Assembly (NCBI GenBank): GCA_963797095.1
Contig: CAWCNY010000006.1
Location: forward strand, 160,001 to 224,000
Source: an uncultured Chloroflexia bacterium
GTDB lineage: Bacteria > Chloroflexota > Chloroflexia > QHBQ01 > JADMIH01
Reading direction: 5' to 3'
Length of the DNA stretch: 64,000 nt
Position 1 is the first letter of the stretch, and each line of letters starts with the position of its first letter. The notes beneath the pieces were generated by a model. It was not told the origin of the DNA and searched no databases. It saw only the letters and a list, made by a program, of their open reading frames with translations. The translations under genes were made by a program, and so were the position numbers. Of this stretch, positions 19,801-29,204 are shown piece after piece.

Positions 19801-20427
19801 ATCAACGGACCCGGCCTCCATGCTCGATGCCGTGTCATCCATCAGATAGTAGCGGTGATCGGCTTCAATGTACGCCACATCGTTCAGGCGGCCCAAAGCG
19901 CGCGCTGCCGCTTCGTTACCGTGGACGAAAATGGCGTTGATAATGGTGAACTGGCTCACTTTGCCGTTGATATTGCCCAATCCCTGCTGGCGCGCCACCT
20001 CTTGCATTACACGCGGCTGGGTGGCCTGTGCTGTGCGCTGAAGCAGATCGAGTACGTAGCTACCTTTGTCGTTCCAGCTATTGATGCTGTTAGCAGTGTC
20101 GGCTTGAGCTTTCAGATAGACCATAAAGCCCACAGTGCTGTTGCCCGCAGAATCAAGCTGTCCTCTGAGCTTGTTACTGATTTTGGTGGCCGGATCGAAG
20201 CTGATCTCCGGCTGCGTGAGCCACCAGTTACCGCGCAATGGTATACCGGCCAGCGCGGGATCTGCCAGTGCGGGGTCTGACTGAGTTGTACCGGCAGTGC
20301 TGCTGCTTGCGGCTGCTGTGCCGGTAGGATAGGCGGCCTGTGCGTTCCAGGGCCGCCAGGCGAGTGCGGCGAGGGCAAACAACGCGATGCCCAGGCCGAT
20401 CATTAGGTAGATGCGCCTTCTTTGCAT
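16840..20427 (-). CDS. Secreted S8 subtilisin-family peptidase (bacillopeptidase F-like) with Ig-like domains and C-terminal SLH-like repeats
   Basis: Signal peptide; catalytic triad motifs IDTGVD, HGTHTMG, GTSMATPH; PT linker; three FxDV..TRGQ repeats. Confidence 0.95.
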   Translation of the reverse strand: MQRRRIYLMIGLGIALFALAALAWRPWNAQAAYPTGTAAASSSTAGTTQSDPALADPALAGIPLRGNWWLTQPEISFDPATKISNKLRGQLDSAGNSTVGFMVYLKAQADTANSINSWNDKGSYVLDLLQRTAQATQPRVMQEVARQQGLGNINGKVSQFTIINAIFVHGNEAAARALGRLNDVAYIEADHRYYLMDDTASSMEAGSVDTSSVVDSNSPDTVELGVQTVHAPQAWAEGYFGQGIVVGSIDTGVDYTHEALFRQYRGYLGDGSYDHNYNWWDARADATPSPVPYDDNGHGTHTMGTVLGEDPTLTNQIGVAPHAKWIAAKVFPTGIGGGSSGNEEITPAEDFMLAPWDLNGENRRPDLRPNIVTNSWGDNECWNTDSWLIMQAWIDAGIMPSFANGNAGPSAGTVGSPGGYPFLIGVGAINASNLTIASFSSRGPSCWGGVVKPDVNAPGVNVRSSFPGNTYGSISGTSMATPHVSGVMALVLSANPSLTYTDVMGILTRTAYFQASWGARPNNNYGWGLVQADTAIEMAVHGPHVSGTVSDGSAIEGAHVTAQRTSDGDTYSVVTHASGAYSMTVLAGTYDVTVSAFGYQTANLSGQSWLTDTSPVLNVSLTPLPTFAVSGYLFENGSCAPLSGTVTIDPPASLVVQNNPVSGMYSVNLPAGTYTFTADAGAGYQPIVDVVNVGAAMTHDFTFGPAYDSTYVVDMPTPNWIAGTTALTFDDYEDGYSAVTLPFAFNYYTGTYTTLNVSTNGFLTFKDFTFARMWANTGIPNPGPTTHTSNYNYPNNAIYPYWDDLAVDPRAIAYGDVYTGVSGSAPNCTFVIEWRDVAGTNGGGSLNDPITFEVQLEETTNRITIVYEDLDAAFGYGYSSTAGIEDDNGTSAIQLSFNQPGRLGSNTAFRFTMGTPPSITPCAEPTATPTDTPVPPTDTPVPPTDTPITEPTNTPITEPTNTPITEPTNTPVPPTATPTACSITFTDVPPGSTFYDYITCMACRGIINGYTSGCESGNPCFRPNNNVTRGQLSKIVSNSAGYNDDPGPQRFEDVPLGSTFYDFIGRLASRDIIAGYPCGGPGEPCVGPGNLPYFRPNANVTRGQLSKIVSEAAGYSDPVGDQQFQDVLPGSTFYDWIWRLTDRGIMNGYACGGVGEPCVGPANLPYFRPGANATRGQASKIVANTFFPGCATTER

Positions 20428-20598
20428 TTATTTCTCCTTCTCTCTAAAGGACAATGGGTTTTTGTGCCCAGAGGCAATGGGCGAGGCGAATAGAATTATA
20501 GCAGGGCACTCGTAGTGAGTCAACCCCGCTATAAATTGAATTTATACTAAACTGCCAGATCTGTAGAAAAATATTTTAGGTTGGCATGGATAGTAATT

Positions 20599-23500
20599 TT
20601 ACGGGTTGCACCCTGGGAAGAACGTATTACTAACGATCTTGCTTGTCTGCCCGCGCGTCACTGTGCCGTTTGGCCTGAAATATGGCCTGTCATCGGGCGA
20701 TACGCAAGGCTCGCCCGGCCCACCGCATGGGTAGCCGCTCATCACGCTTCTGCTGACCAGTCTCTCCGTGAAAGTGTAGAAAGTGGCGCCGGGCGGCACA
20801 TCCTCGAAGGTCTGGCCGCTTACCGTTTCATTGAAGTTCGCGGCATTGCTGACGATCTTGGTTGTTTGCCCTCTTGTAGAGGAGCTGTTTGGCCTGAAAT
20901 ATGGCCTGTCATCGGGCGATACGCAAGGCTCGCCCGGCCCACCGCATGGGTAGCCGCTCATCACGCTTCTGCTGACCAGTCTCTCCGTGAAAGTGTAGAA
21001 AGTGGCGCCGGGCGGCACATCCTCGAAGGTTTGACCTGATACAGAGTCGTTGAAGCCAGCCGCCTCGGATACAATTTTGGTGAGTTGCCCCCTGGTTACA
21101 GGATTATTCGGCCTGAAATAAGGAAGGTTGTCCGGTGCGATGCATGGCTCGCCCGGCCCACCACAGGGGTAGCCCGATAGTATGCCCTGGCACGCAAGGC
21201 AGCGCACGAAGGTATAGAAGGTGCTGCCAGCAGGCACGTCCTGGAACCCGATTGGGCAGGAGCCGGGCGTGGATGTGGCTCGCGGCGTGTTCGTCGCCGT
21301 CACGGGCGGGGTCGCAGTGGGCGTTGGAGGTTGCAGCCCGCCGCTGCATACTATGGCTTCGTTGCTTTCCACATAGCTGCCATTCCACCCGCCAATCGCC
21401 AGCAGCGAATAGCTGTTCGGGCTGTAGGTGGCTGCCAGCGTGCGCCGCGCAGTATTCAAGCTGGATATAGGCTCCCAGCTATCGGTCAGCGGGTTGTATC
21501 TTTCAGCCGTGTTGGTGTAGTCCAGATAGCCGCCGCCTACCGCGTAGAGGAAGCCTCCGCACCCCGGCGTGCCGGTATCCAGGCCTACCACGGCCACTCC
21601 GCCCCTCGGGAGGTTCATCGGCTGAACTGTGCTCCAGCTATTGGTGGCAGGGTTGTATGCTTCCACTGTCGAGAGGTCGGTAAAGCCTCCAGGGATCCCT
21701 CCAGCCGCGTATATCAGCCCGTCCAGAGCGGCGGCACCCAGGTACACGCGTGCGGTGGGCATCGGCGCTTTGGTCTGCCAGCGGCTACCAGCGGGCCGCG
21801 TCGGGTCATATTCGTAGACGGTATTCTTCGCCTGCAAAGTGTCGTCCGAGCCTCCGATCACATAGAGTTTGCTATTGTACACGGCCACTCCCGCCCCGAA
21901 GCGTGGGGCGGGCAATGGGTCGCTGGTGAGCGTCTCTACGCGGTTTTGCAGGGGGTAGTATACCTGCAACAGGTTCTTAGTGGAGGCGGTATCGCCGCTA
22001 TAGCCGCCGGGGATGTAGATGGCGCTGCCGATCACCCCGGCCCCTACATTGCTCACGCCGGTGTTCAAGGAAGCACGCTGCGTCCAGGTGTTAGCCAGCG
22101 GGTCGTACTCCATAATTGGCATGTTGGTGTTGCCGTTGTTGTACTCGCCACCGAGCGCGTATATGCGCCCGTTGGGCACGAACGCCACCGCCGCCTCGCG
22201 GCTGCGCGGCAACAGCATGTCGGCCTTACGAACCCACACTCCTGCCGTGGTGGTCATGACGGTCTGCCCGAAGAACTGTCCAGGGCTGGGTAGCTGCCCG
22301 GATGCGTTCAAGGTAAGCACATCGCTGGCTCCCAGCGTCGCCCCCGAGGGCACGAACACGGTTACTGTAACAGGAGTGGATGCGTCGGGTGAGAGATTGC
22401 TGGTTACGGCCGGGGTTACGCTGGCGGACCAATCGACACCTTCCAGTGACATATCGAAATAGTTATCTTGCCCGCTCTTATTTATCAGGCTTGTTGTGAA
22501 GGTTACCGGGCTGCCGTAATCTCCGGCCCTCGTTTGTCCCGGCGGTGCAAAATCGACCCCTTCCGTGCTTACCGTGGTGGTTATCAAGGCGGTATCTGTG
22601 AAGGTACCGGGCGTGGGCAGGTCGGAGCTTACATCGACGCGTGCCGTATCCACTTCACCGAGGGGAGTGCCCGGCGGTATTTGCACCTGCACGGTTATGT
22701 CGGTTTTGCCACCGCTCGGTATCAAGCCTGTATTCGCGGGGCTGACGGTGGTGGTCCACACTCCGGAAGCCGCCGACAGCGCGAAGGAATTGTTTATGCC
22801 TGTGGCGTTCACCACAGATTCCGTGTATACGACGCTAGCGCCGGGCGCTCCGCCTCCCGCCCTGGTGCCGGGTTGCAAGAATACATCCTGCTGCACCCTG
22901 TAGCGTATCGCCCGCGACGGCGACAGGTCATCCACATAGCAGAGATAGGCAAGCCCTACACTACCATCAGCATTCTGAATACCTACCACGCCCTTCGATC
23001 CTGCGACGCCCGTCCCGTTGAGGGTCTGGTATTGGAAGACAATGTCGCCGTTTTCGTAGATAAGTGTTTCGATGGTGGCGCGCACGTTCGGGTTGCCGTA
23101 CTCGTAGACATTACGCCACTCGACCACGTAGATACGGTTGGGGGCAGTGCCGATTATGTCTGTGTAGACTCCGCCTTGTACAGTGTCGGTAATGAGGGGC
23201 ACGATGAAATCGTACCAGAGGGGGGCCACCATGGCTTTCGGCACGTATTGACTGATAGAGGGCACACATTCAAAACTCTTCCCCGGCCAGTAGTCGTTTG
23301 GCAACCCGAAATGTACATTGCCGTTAGTTGAAACGTGTGCCTGAGTATAATTCACGCCATAGAAGTTGAACACAAACGGGAGCGTGTAAGTCACGACGCC
23401 GTCATCATAGGGATAGGTGGGATCGCCGGTGCGCACCAGGGTCCATGCGCCGTCGCCTATACGCTGGGTGGCCTCAACCCAGTTGTAGACCGGCCCTCCA

Positions 23501-23853
23501 GGGTCGCGGTCGTCGCTGAATACGTATCCGAACTCATCCGGTCCACCCTGCCTGTCGGGGTATGTGCGGTCGGGTTGAGGGTGATCTCCCGTCTCATATG
23601 GAGGGGGCACGGACGACTTGCCGGTCGGGAGGATCGCCTGGGCGCTCTGCCCGGTCGAGGCCGCCATTTGCGAACGTGTGGGTATTTTGTGACCAGCCTG
23701 TGCCATCTCCAGCGCCAGTGACATTGTGATCGCGCTGAGCATGAGCAGCCCGAAAAATATGATAGCGCCCCTTTTCATGCCCATATTGACCTGCCCATAT
23801 GCAAACACAGGCTTGTCATCATGAGGAAAGTCGCGGCGTGTGCTGGATCGCAT
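20599..23853 (-). CDS. Secreted Kelch-repeat protein with Ig-like domains and SLH-like tail
   Basis: Signal/TM segment, about six IYALGG...YDP..W kelch repeats, three CGGPGEPC SLH-like repeats; start uncertain (23778-23853). Confidence 0.9.
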   Translation of the reverse strand: MRSSTRRDFPHDDKPVFAYGQVNMGMKRGAIIFFGLLMLSAITMSLALEMAQAGHKIPTRSQMAASTGQSAQAILPTGKSSVPPPYETGDHPQPDRTYPDRQGGPDEFGYVFSDDRDPGGPVYNWVEATQRIGDGAWTLVRTGDPTYPYDDGVVTYTLPFVFNFYGVNYTQAHVSTNGNVHFGLPNDYWPGKSFECVPSISQYVPKAMVAPLWYDFIVPLITDTVQGGVYTDIIGTAPNRIYVVEWRNVYEYGNPNVRATIETLIYENGDIVFQYQTLNGTGVAGSKGVVGIQNADGSVGLAYLCYVDDLSPSRAIRYRVQQDVFLQPGTRAGGGAPGASVVYTESVVNATGINNSFALSAASGVWTTTVSPANTGLIPSGGKTDITVQVQIPPGTPLGEVDTARVDVSSDLPTPGTFTDTALITTTVSTEGVDFAPPGQTRAGDYGSPVTFTTSLINKSGQDNYFDMSLEGVDWSASVTPAVTSNLSPDASTPVTVTVFVPSGATLGASDVLTLNASGQLPSPGQFFGQTVMTTTAGVWVRKADMLLPRSREAAVAFVPNGRIYALGGEYNNGNTNMPIMEYDPLANTWTQRASLNTGVSNVGAGVIGSAIYIPGGYSGDTASTKNLLQVYYPLQNRVETLTSDPLPAPRFGAGVAVYNSKLYVIGGSDDTLQAKNTVYEYDPTRPAGSRWQTKAPMPTARVYLGAAALDGLIYAAGGIPGGFTDLSTVEAYNPATNSWSTVQPMNLPRGGVAVVGLDTGTPGCGGFLYAVGGGYLDYTNTAERYNPLTDSWEPISSLNTARRTLAATYSPNSYSLLAIGGWNGSYVESNEAIVCSGGLQPPTPTATPPVTATNTPRATSTPGSCPIGFQDVPAGSTFYTFVRCLACQGILSGYPCGGPGEPCIAPDNLPYFRPNNPVTRGQLTKIVSEAAGFNDSVSGQTFEDVPPGATFYTFTERLVSRSVMSGYPCGGPGEPCVSPDDRPYFRPNSSSTRGQTTKIVSNAANFNETVSGQTFEDVPPGATFYTFTERLVSRSVMSGYPCGGPGEPCVSPDDRPYFRPNGTVTRGQTSKIVSNTFFPGCNP

Positions 23854-24293
23854 ATCAAGGGTCACTCCTCTAGTGGCTGGCCGGGCAAAGGGAGGCTTGC
23901 TCGCGGTATCTAATTGTCGCGAAAGGTATGCTGCTTTGTCAAATGGACGGAGGACGAAAGACAATGGACAGTTATCGGAATGTCCTTCTAACGCTTTAAC
24001 GTTTCAGTTTTACATTCATTACCATTTCTTGCTTCATGCTGGAGTACGGCAATTAGCCCAGCGTTATTTACGTAGCACATTACGTAATTCGGGTGATGGT
24101 TCCCTGGAAGTAAGCCGTTATACTGGCGCGTACCGAAATGTACCGGTGGGATGTAGACCAAATACCTATTTACCCCTCCCACCATCCGCCTTTACAGTGA
24201 GGTAGACGCCCGGCGCGGGCTGGGCGCGGCGCGTTTTGCGCTTCTATATCAAATTTGCATCAAATTTGCGCTTCTATATCAAATGGGAAGATA

Positions 24294-25412
24294 ATGATCA
24301 TGTTTGACCTCAAACTCACTTACCGTTCACGCTCGGCTTCGATCATGCTGGCCCTGTCGTTGCTGACTTCGGTCTTCTTTGTCGCGGACGCAAGCGCCCA
24401 GACGGGTAGCAAGAACGGCGGTACCAATCCCACCCCTGACCCCATAAGCGCAGGGGCACTACCCGACGCACAAGATGCGCCTCTTACCTGTGCGCCGCCT
24501 TTCAGCGACGTGCACACTTCCGATTTCTACTTCGACAGCGTGCGTTACCTCTTCTGCTCGGGCGCGATCGGCGGCTACTCGGACAACACCTTCAGGCCGG
24601 GCAGCCCCACATCGAGGGGACAGTTTTCGAAGATTATCGTGATGGCGATGGGTTGGCCTTTACTGAACCCATCTTCGCCAACGTTCAATGATGTGCTGCC
24701 CGGCAGTCCATTCTATACATATGTAGAGACCGCTGCTTCGCACGGCATCATATCGGGTTACGGCAATGGCTCCTTCGGCCCCGGCGATCCTGTTTCGCGC
24801 GGGCAACTTGTCAAGATGGTGGTGCTGTCGGAAGGTTGGGCTCTGGTCAACCCGTCCTCGCCTACTTTCAGCGATGTGAGGCCAGGCAGCCCCTTCTACG
24901 CCTACGTGGAGACGGCCACCGCCCATGGGGTTATCGAGGGCTATCCGGATGGCACCTTCAAGCCGAGCGCGGGCACCACTCGCGGGCAGGTGTCCAAGGT
25001 TATTTATTACGCACGTACCAGCGCGATCACATCGCTGGAACAGCAGACGATGGACCTGATCAACGCCAGGCGTGTGGCTATGGGACTTGTGGCCCTTCGT
25101 TACGATGCGGCTCTGCATCGCGCCACCCTCAGGCATGTGAACGACATCGGGCCTCAGGGTTTGTGCCAGCACGACGGCACCGACGGCAGCTCGCCGTGGG
25201 ACAGGGCCTCGGAGGCGGGCTATACAGGCTTCGCGATGGGCGAGGTGGTGGGATGCGGGTATCCGACGCCACAGGCGATAGTTGACGGATGGTGGAACAG
25301 CCCCGGCCACTACGCCGTGCTCACGTCGCCGGACGCCCGTGCCATCGGCTGTGCCTGGTGGGTGAACAGCGCGGGCTACGGCTGGCAGGCGTGCCTCACC
25401 GGGAACCCGTGA
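24294..25412 (+). CDS. SLH-domain + CAP (SCP) domain surface protein
   Basis: Three FSDV...F.P...SRGQ repeats; INARR, HDGTDGSSP, GEVVG and WWNSPGH motifs. Confidence 0.92.
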   Translation: MIMFDLKLTYRSRSASIMLALSLLTSVFFVADASAQTGSKNGGTNPTPDPISAGALPDAQDAPLTCAPPFSDVHTSDFYFDSVRYLFCSGAIGGYSDNTFRPGSPTSRGQFSKIIVMAMGWPLLNPSSPTFNDVLPGSPFYTYVETAASHGIISGYGNGSFGPGDPVSRGQLVKMVVLSEGWALVNPSSPTFSDVRPGSPFYAYVETATAHGVIEGYPDGTFKPSAGTTRGQVSKVIYYARTSAITSLEQQTMDLINARRVAMGLVALRYDAALHRATLRHVNDIGPQGLCQHDGTDGSSPWDRASEAGYTGFAMGEVVGCGYPTPQAIVDGWWNSPGHYAVLTSPDARAIGCAWWVNSAGYGWQACLTGNP

Positions 25413-25513
25413 ACCTCTAGTTCAAACTCCTTTATTCTTTGGTTCAGATATTGAACCCTCGCGGCGCGACGGGCGTATCAAGAATTGCTACCGGCAATAA
25501 GGAGCAATCAGCC

Positions 25514-26014
25514 ATGAATACGCAAGTCCGCCGCGAACCTGTTGGGCCAGGGGAGGAGTCGGTGTGGGACTATCCACGCCCGCCGAGGCTCGAAGCAACA
25601 AGCAGGCATGTTGAAGTGATCTTCAACGGCGTCAGAATCGCCGATAGCTATCGAGCCTTTCGCGTGCTCGAAACGAGCCACCCGCCCGTCTATTACATCC
25701 CCGCCGAGGACGTGAGGATGGTGTTTCTTACGCTCACCGAACGCAGCACCTACTGTGAGTGGAAGGGTGGTGCGACCCACTACACTATCACTGTCGATGA
25801 AGAGTCGGTGCCGGATGGGGCGTGGGCATACCTTACTCCAATCGCGGGTTTTGGGGAGATCGCGGGGTATATCGCATTTTACCCGGCGCTGATGGATGCC
25901 TGCCTGGTGGATGGCGAGCAGGTTCGCGCACAGCCTGGTGGCTACTACGGAGGCTGGATCACTCATGAAGTGAAAGGGCCATTCAAGGGAGAGCCTGGGA
26001 CGGTTGGATGGTAG
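25514..26014 (+). CDS. DUF427 family protein
   Basis: ESVWDYPRPP, LETSHPPVYYIP, CEWKG and YYGGWIT motifs; AAGGAG RBS. Confidence 0.92.
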   Translation: MNTQVRREPVGPGEESVWDYPRPPRLEATSRHVEVIFNGVRIADSYRAFRVLETSHPPVYYIPAEDVRMVFLTLTERSTYCEWKGGATHYTITVDEESVPDGAWAYLTPIAGFGEIAGYIAFYPALMDACLVDGEQVRAQPGGYYGGWITHEVKGPFKGEPGTVGW

Positions 26015-26112
26015 CGGGGTGGCGTGGGCTGTGAAAGTTGTATATGTGAAAGTTGTATAATTGGACATAGCCCAGCGCCCGCGGTTATCGAGATAGGAAC
26101 AGGCAGGAATAG

Positions 26113-27027
26113 ATGCGCGTAACTCTTTATACAGAGCCGAATTGCCCGGAGTGCGACGAGGTCCGTCTGCTTCTCAACCAGTTGGCCGGAAAGCATGATC
26201 TGGCTGTCACCGAAGTGTCTGCCGGCCCTGACGGGGTACACCCACCTGTGGTGCAGGTGGAGGATGTGCGGGTTGGGCGGCTGGTAAGCCCCATAACGGA
26301 ACCTGAGCTGCACGCTTACCTTCATGTGGCGGAGGTTGCCGTGAAGGATGGTGCATTTCCGTATGTACCCGCGGCCCCCGGTTCCGGCTCGATATTATCG
26401 GTGTACCAGGAGACAACTCTTGATAGAGTGGCGCGTTTTCTTGGCCGCAACTGGCTGAAGTTCATGGCGGTAGGGCTTGGCATCTTTTCGATACTGCCCT
26501 GGCTCGCGCCTATATTCGCGGCGCTTGGGTGGTGGGGTGTCGCCGACCCGATCTATACAGTGTATGCGATCCAGTGCCACCAACTTCCCGAGCGCGAGGC
26601 GCACATTTTTGGGTATGAGGTGTGCCAGTGCTGGCGGTGCAACGCCCTGTATGGCGGGATGTTTATCTTCTCGCTTGTATTTATGGGCACGCGCAACAAA
26701 GATTTGGCGCTGTTCAAATGGATGAAGAAGCCGCTCCCCGCGTGGGTCTTCATACTGTTCCTGGTGCCGATGGCAATCGACGGTTTTACGCACATGTTTG
26801 GACTGCGCGAGCCGTCCGACCCCGGCGTGCCTGCTGTGTTCGGGTCTTTTCTGATAGGCTCGCAGATGTTTTCGCTCAACTGGATCCTCAGGATCGTGAC
26901 GGGCTTGTTGGCCGCTGTGGCCTCGATATGGTTCAGCTTGCCCCGTATGCAGAGGGCGATGGACGAGGCCGAAGCGTTGAGGACCATGTACCTGAGGTCA
27001 TCTGTTATGCGTCAAAGTCAAACGTGA
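26113..27027 (+). CDS. Glutaredoxin-like (CPEC) domain fused to a DUF2085 membrane domain
   Basis: LYTEPNCPEC at the N-terminus; CHQLPER, CQCWRC and PMAIDG motifs. Confidence 0.85.
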   Translation: MRVTLYTEPNCPECDEVRLLLNQLAGKHDLAVTEVSAGPDGVHPPVVQVEDVRVGRLVSPITEPELHAYLHVAEVAVKDGAFPYVPAAPGSGSILSVYQETTLDRVARFLGRNWLKFMAVGLGIFSILPWLAPIFAALGWWGVADPIYTVYAIQCHQLPEREAHIFGYEVCQCWRCNALYGGMFIFSLVFMGTRNKDLALFKWMKKPLPAWVFILFLVPMAIDGFTHMFGLREPSDPGVPAVFGSFLIGSQMFSLNWILRIVTGLLAAVASIWFSLPRMQRAMDEAEALRTMYLRSSVMRQSQT

Positions 27028-27103
27028 TGCCTGGGGACTAATGACGAGTGACTAGTGACGAGTGGGCAATAGTCATGTGTCACGTAACATGTGAAGGGTG
27101 CTT

Positions 27104-27679
27104 ATGGGGATCAACTGGGAGCTTGACCACAAATACGCATTTGAGCGCGCTCGGTTGGAGCGGCGCGATTTGCTGGTGGATTTCAGTAAGAATCCTTGAG
27201 CGGGCTGCGACCGCCTGGATGCCGTGACGTATCCTGACCCCGAGGTGGCTTCTAATATTGAGGCTAATTTCCTCCCTGTCAAGGTCTACATTAATAACCG
27301 GGACGATTGGGCTCTGTTTCGTGCCCATCATGTTATCTGGACACCCACAATCGGGTTTATGGACCGCAACGGGGCGTTGCATCACCAATCGGTTGGGTAT
27401 CTGCCTGCGGGCGAGTTTCTTACCACGCTACGGATCGGGAAGGCGCGTTGTTTGATGGCGTGGACTCGGCTCAACGAGGCGGTCAATGAGTTGGAGGCGG
27501 CAGCCGCCACAGGCGATGCACTGGCTCCTGAGGCGCTGTACTGGCTTGGGATAACGCATTACCTGGCCCGCAGGGAGACCACAGGGATGTGGGATGCGTG
27601 GGAGCGCCTGCAAGCCCGGTATCCTGATAGCGTGTGGGCCAAACGGATCTATCCGCGCTATCCGGGGCCGGGCATTTGA
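27104..27679 (+). CDS. Thioredoxin-fold selenoprotein candidate (UxxC) with C-terminal TPR-like helices
   Basis: ATG at 27104 reads MGINWELD...LLVDFSKNP-TGA-AGCDRLDAVTYPDPEV; TGA at 27197-27199 is in frame with ORF 27224-27679; hairpin just downstream. Confidence 0.85.
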
Positions 27680-27774
27680 GAGGGTGCGTAGACCAGTAGT
27701 TATGTTGCAGCGTGAACCAGGCTCCTTCGAGCGGTGTGTAGTCGGGTATTGCTATATTGAAGGAGCACTCAGCT

Positions 27775-28458
27775 ATGGAATTATCCAGGCACTTTCTGCC
27801 CCGCCCTCCGATGGAGCTTGATGCTGTGACGGTTGCAGCATTTGAACTGCTGTACAATGACATCCTTGTGCATGGTCAGGGCGAGCCAATCCGGTATGAC
27901 TTAGCCGCGCCGAAGTGGCAGTTCCTTTCCTATCTGACAGATACCAAAGAGATTCTTATGCATGGGTCGGGTAATGCAGATATTGAGGAGTTTGAGCCGC
28001 GCAAATCGGATGACTCTACCGAGTTCGGCAATCGGCGCGCTGTATATGCCAGCTCGGATGCTATCTGGGCGATGTTCTTTGCTGTTGTCGATAGACACAG
28101 CAGGCCGACTGCTACTATGAACGTGGCGTTTCGAGTAATGGAGACTGATGGCACAAAGGGTATGTCTTATTACTTCTTCTCGCTCGATAAGGACGCACTC
28201 GCGCTGAGGCCCTGGTGGGAGGGCACCATGTATATCTTGCCGCGCGATAGCTTTGAGCAGGAAGCGCCTGAGCTATACCAGGGGGTAATGCTGGAAAGCG
28301 CGCACTGGGCCAGCCTGGTGCCTGTGAAGCCGGTGGGGAAACTGTTGGTGGAACCGGAAGATTTCCCTTTCCTTAATAGGATCGTGCCGCACGACCAGGC
28401 GCTTATTAATGAGCGGGCTAAGAAGGACCCCGAAGGGTTTCCGTGGCTGGATGATTAG
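27775..28458 (+). CDS. Hypothetical protein
   Basis: AAGGAG RBS; HGS...FEPR...AVYASSD..WAMFFA motif in a long ORF. Confidence 0.8.
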   Translation: MELSRHFLPRPPMELDAVTVAAFELLYNDILVHGQGEPIRYDLAAPKWQFLSYLTDTKEILMHGSGNADIEEFEPRKSDDSTEFGNRRAVYASSDAIWAMFFAVVDRHSRPTATMNVAFRVMETDGTKGMSYYFFSLDKDALALRPWWEGTMYILPRDSFEQEAPELYQGVMLESAHWASLVPVKPVGKLLVEPEDFPFLNRIVPHDQALINERAKKDPEGFPWLDD

Positions 28459-28487
28459 AGGGGCGGGATGTGGGTAGGGATTGAGGC

Positions 28488-29204
28488 TCAGTCTCTGACC
28501 CATATTTTGGCGGCGAGATCTTCGGGTAGGGTTACAGTTCGTTCTTGATGGGCGTGGTCGCCCCTTGGGGTGATGTGTACGTCGAGGGTGCGGTCCTGCT
28601 GGTTCTGGGAGAGGATGGATAGCTTCGCGCCGGGCATGATGTCCATCTCGCCTAGCTGGGTGAGGATGGCGGTTTCGTCCTCGACCACCTCGGAGATGAG
28701 GAGCACCTTCATCTGTTTGCCTTCGGGGACCGCGTTGAGGCGGGCGGCTTTTTGCTCGCGCAGATACTCGGTGGTGTTGAAGTTGCCGACCGGGATGGGG
28801 TTGCCGTGGGGACAGGTGCGCGGGTTTTTGAGGAGCAGCATGAGGTGGGCCTCTATCTCGGCGGACATGCCGCGCTCCATGTTGTGGGCTTCTTCGTGGG
28901 CTTTGACCCAATCCATACCGAGGACATCGACCAGAAAGCGCTCGGCGAGGCGATGCTGGCGCAGGAGAACCTCGGCTTCGGACTTGCCCTGGTCGGTAAG
29001 CTCTATGCCCTCGCCCTGGCGGCCCCGGCCCCGGCCCGGCATCCTGATCAGGCCGTCCTTTCGCATGCGGTCGAGGGTCTGGGCGACGTTGGCCGGGGAG
29101 ACGCCGAACTTCTCGGCGAGGCGGGCACCCACTACGGGGTCGCCCTCCATTGTGAGGTTGTAGATGGTTTCCAGGTATTCGCGTGTTACGGGTGTAGTGG
29201 ACAT
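28488..29204 (-). CDS. DtxR/MntR family metal-dependent repressor with FeoA-like C-terminal domain
   Basis: EYLETIY, RQHRLAERFL, HEEAHNME and CPHGNPIP motifs. Confidence 0.94.
   Translation of the reverse strand: MSTTPVTREYLETIYNLTMEGDPVVGARLAEKFGVSPANVAQTLDRMRKDGLIRMPGRGRGRQGEGIELTDQGKSEAEVLLRQHRLAERFLVDVLGMDWVKAHEEAHNMERGMSAEIEAHLMLLLKNPRTCPHGNPIPVGNFNTTEYLREQKAARLNAVPEGKQMKVLLISEVVEDETAILTQLGEMDIMPGAKLSILSQNQQDRTLDVHITPRGDHAHQERTVTLPEDLAAKIWVRD

Noticed and set aside
20668-21030. DGR template/variable repeat pair
   Set aside because: The copies are identical with no adenine-specific differences, and no reverse transcriptase is present
23990-24230. Riboswitch in the long intergenic region
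   Set aside because: No recognisable consensus by eye; an Rfam/Infernal scan would be needed
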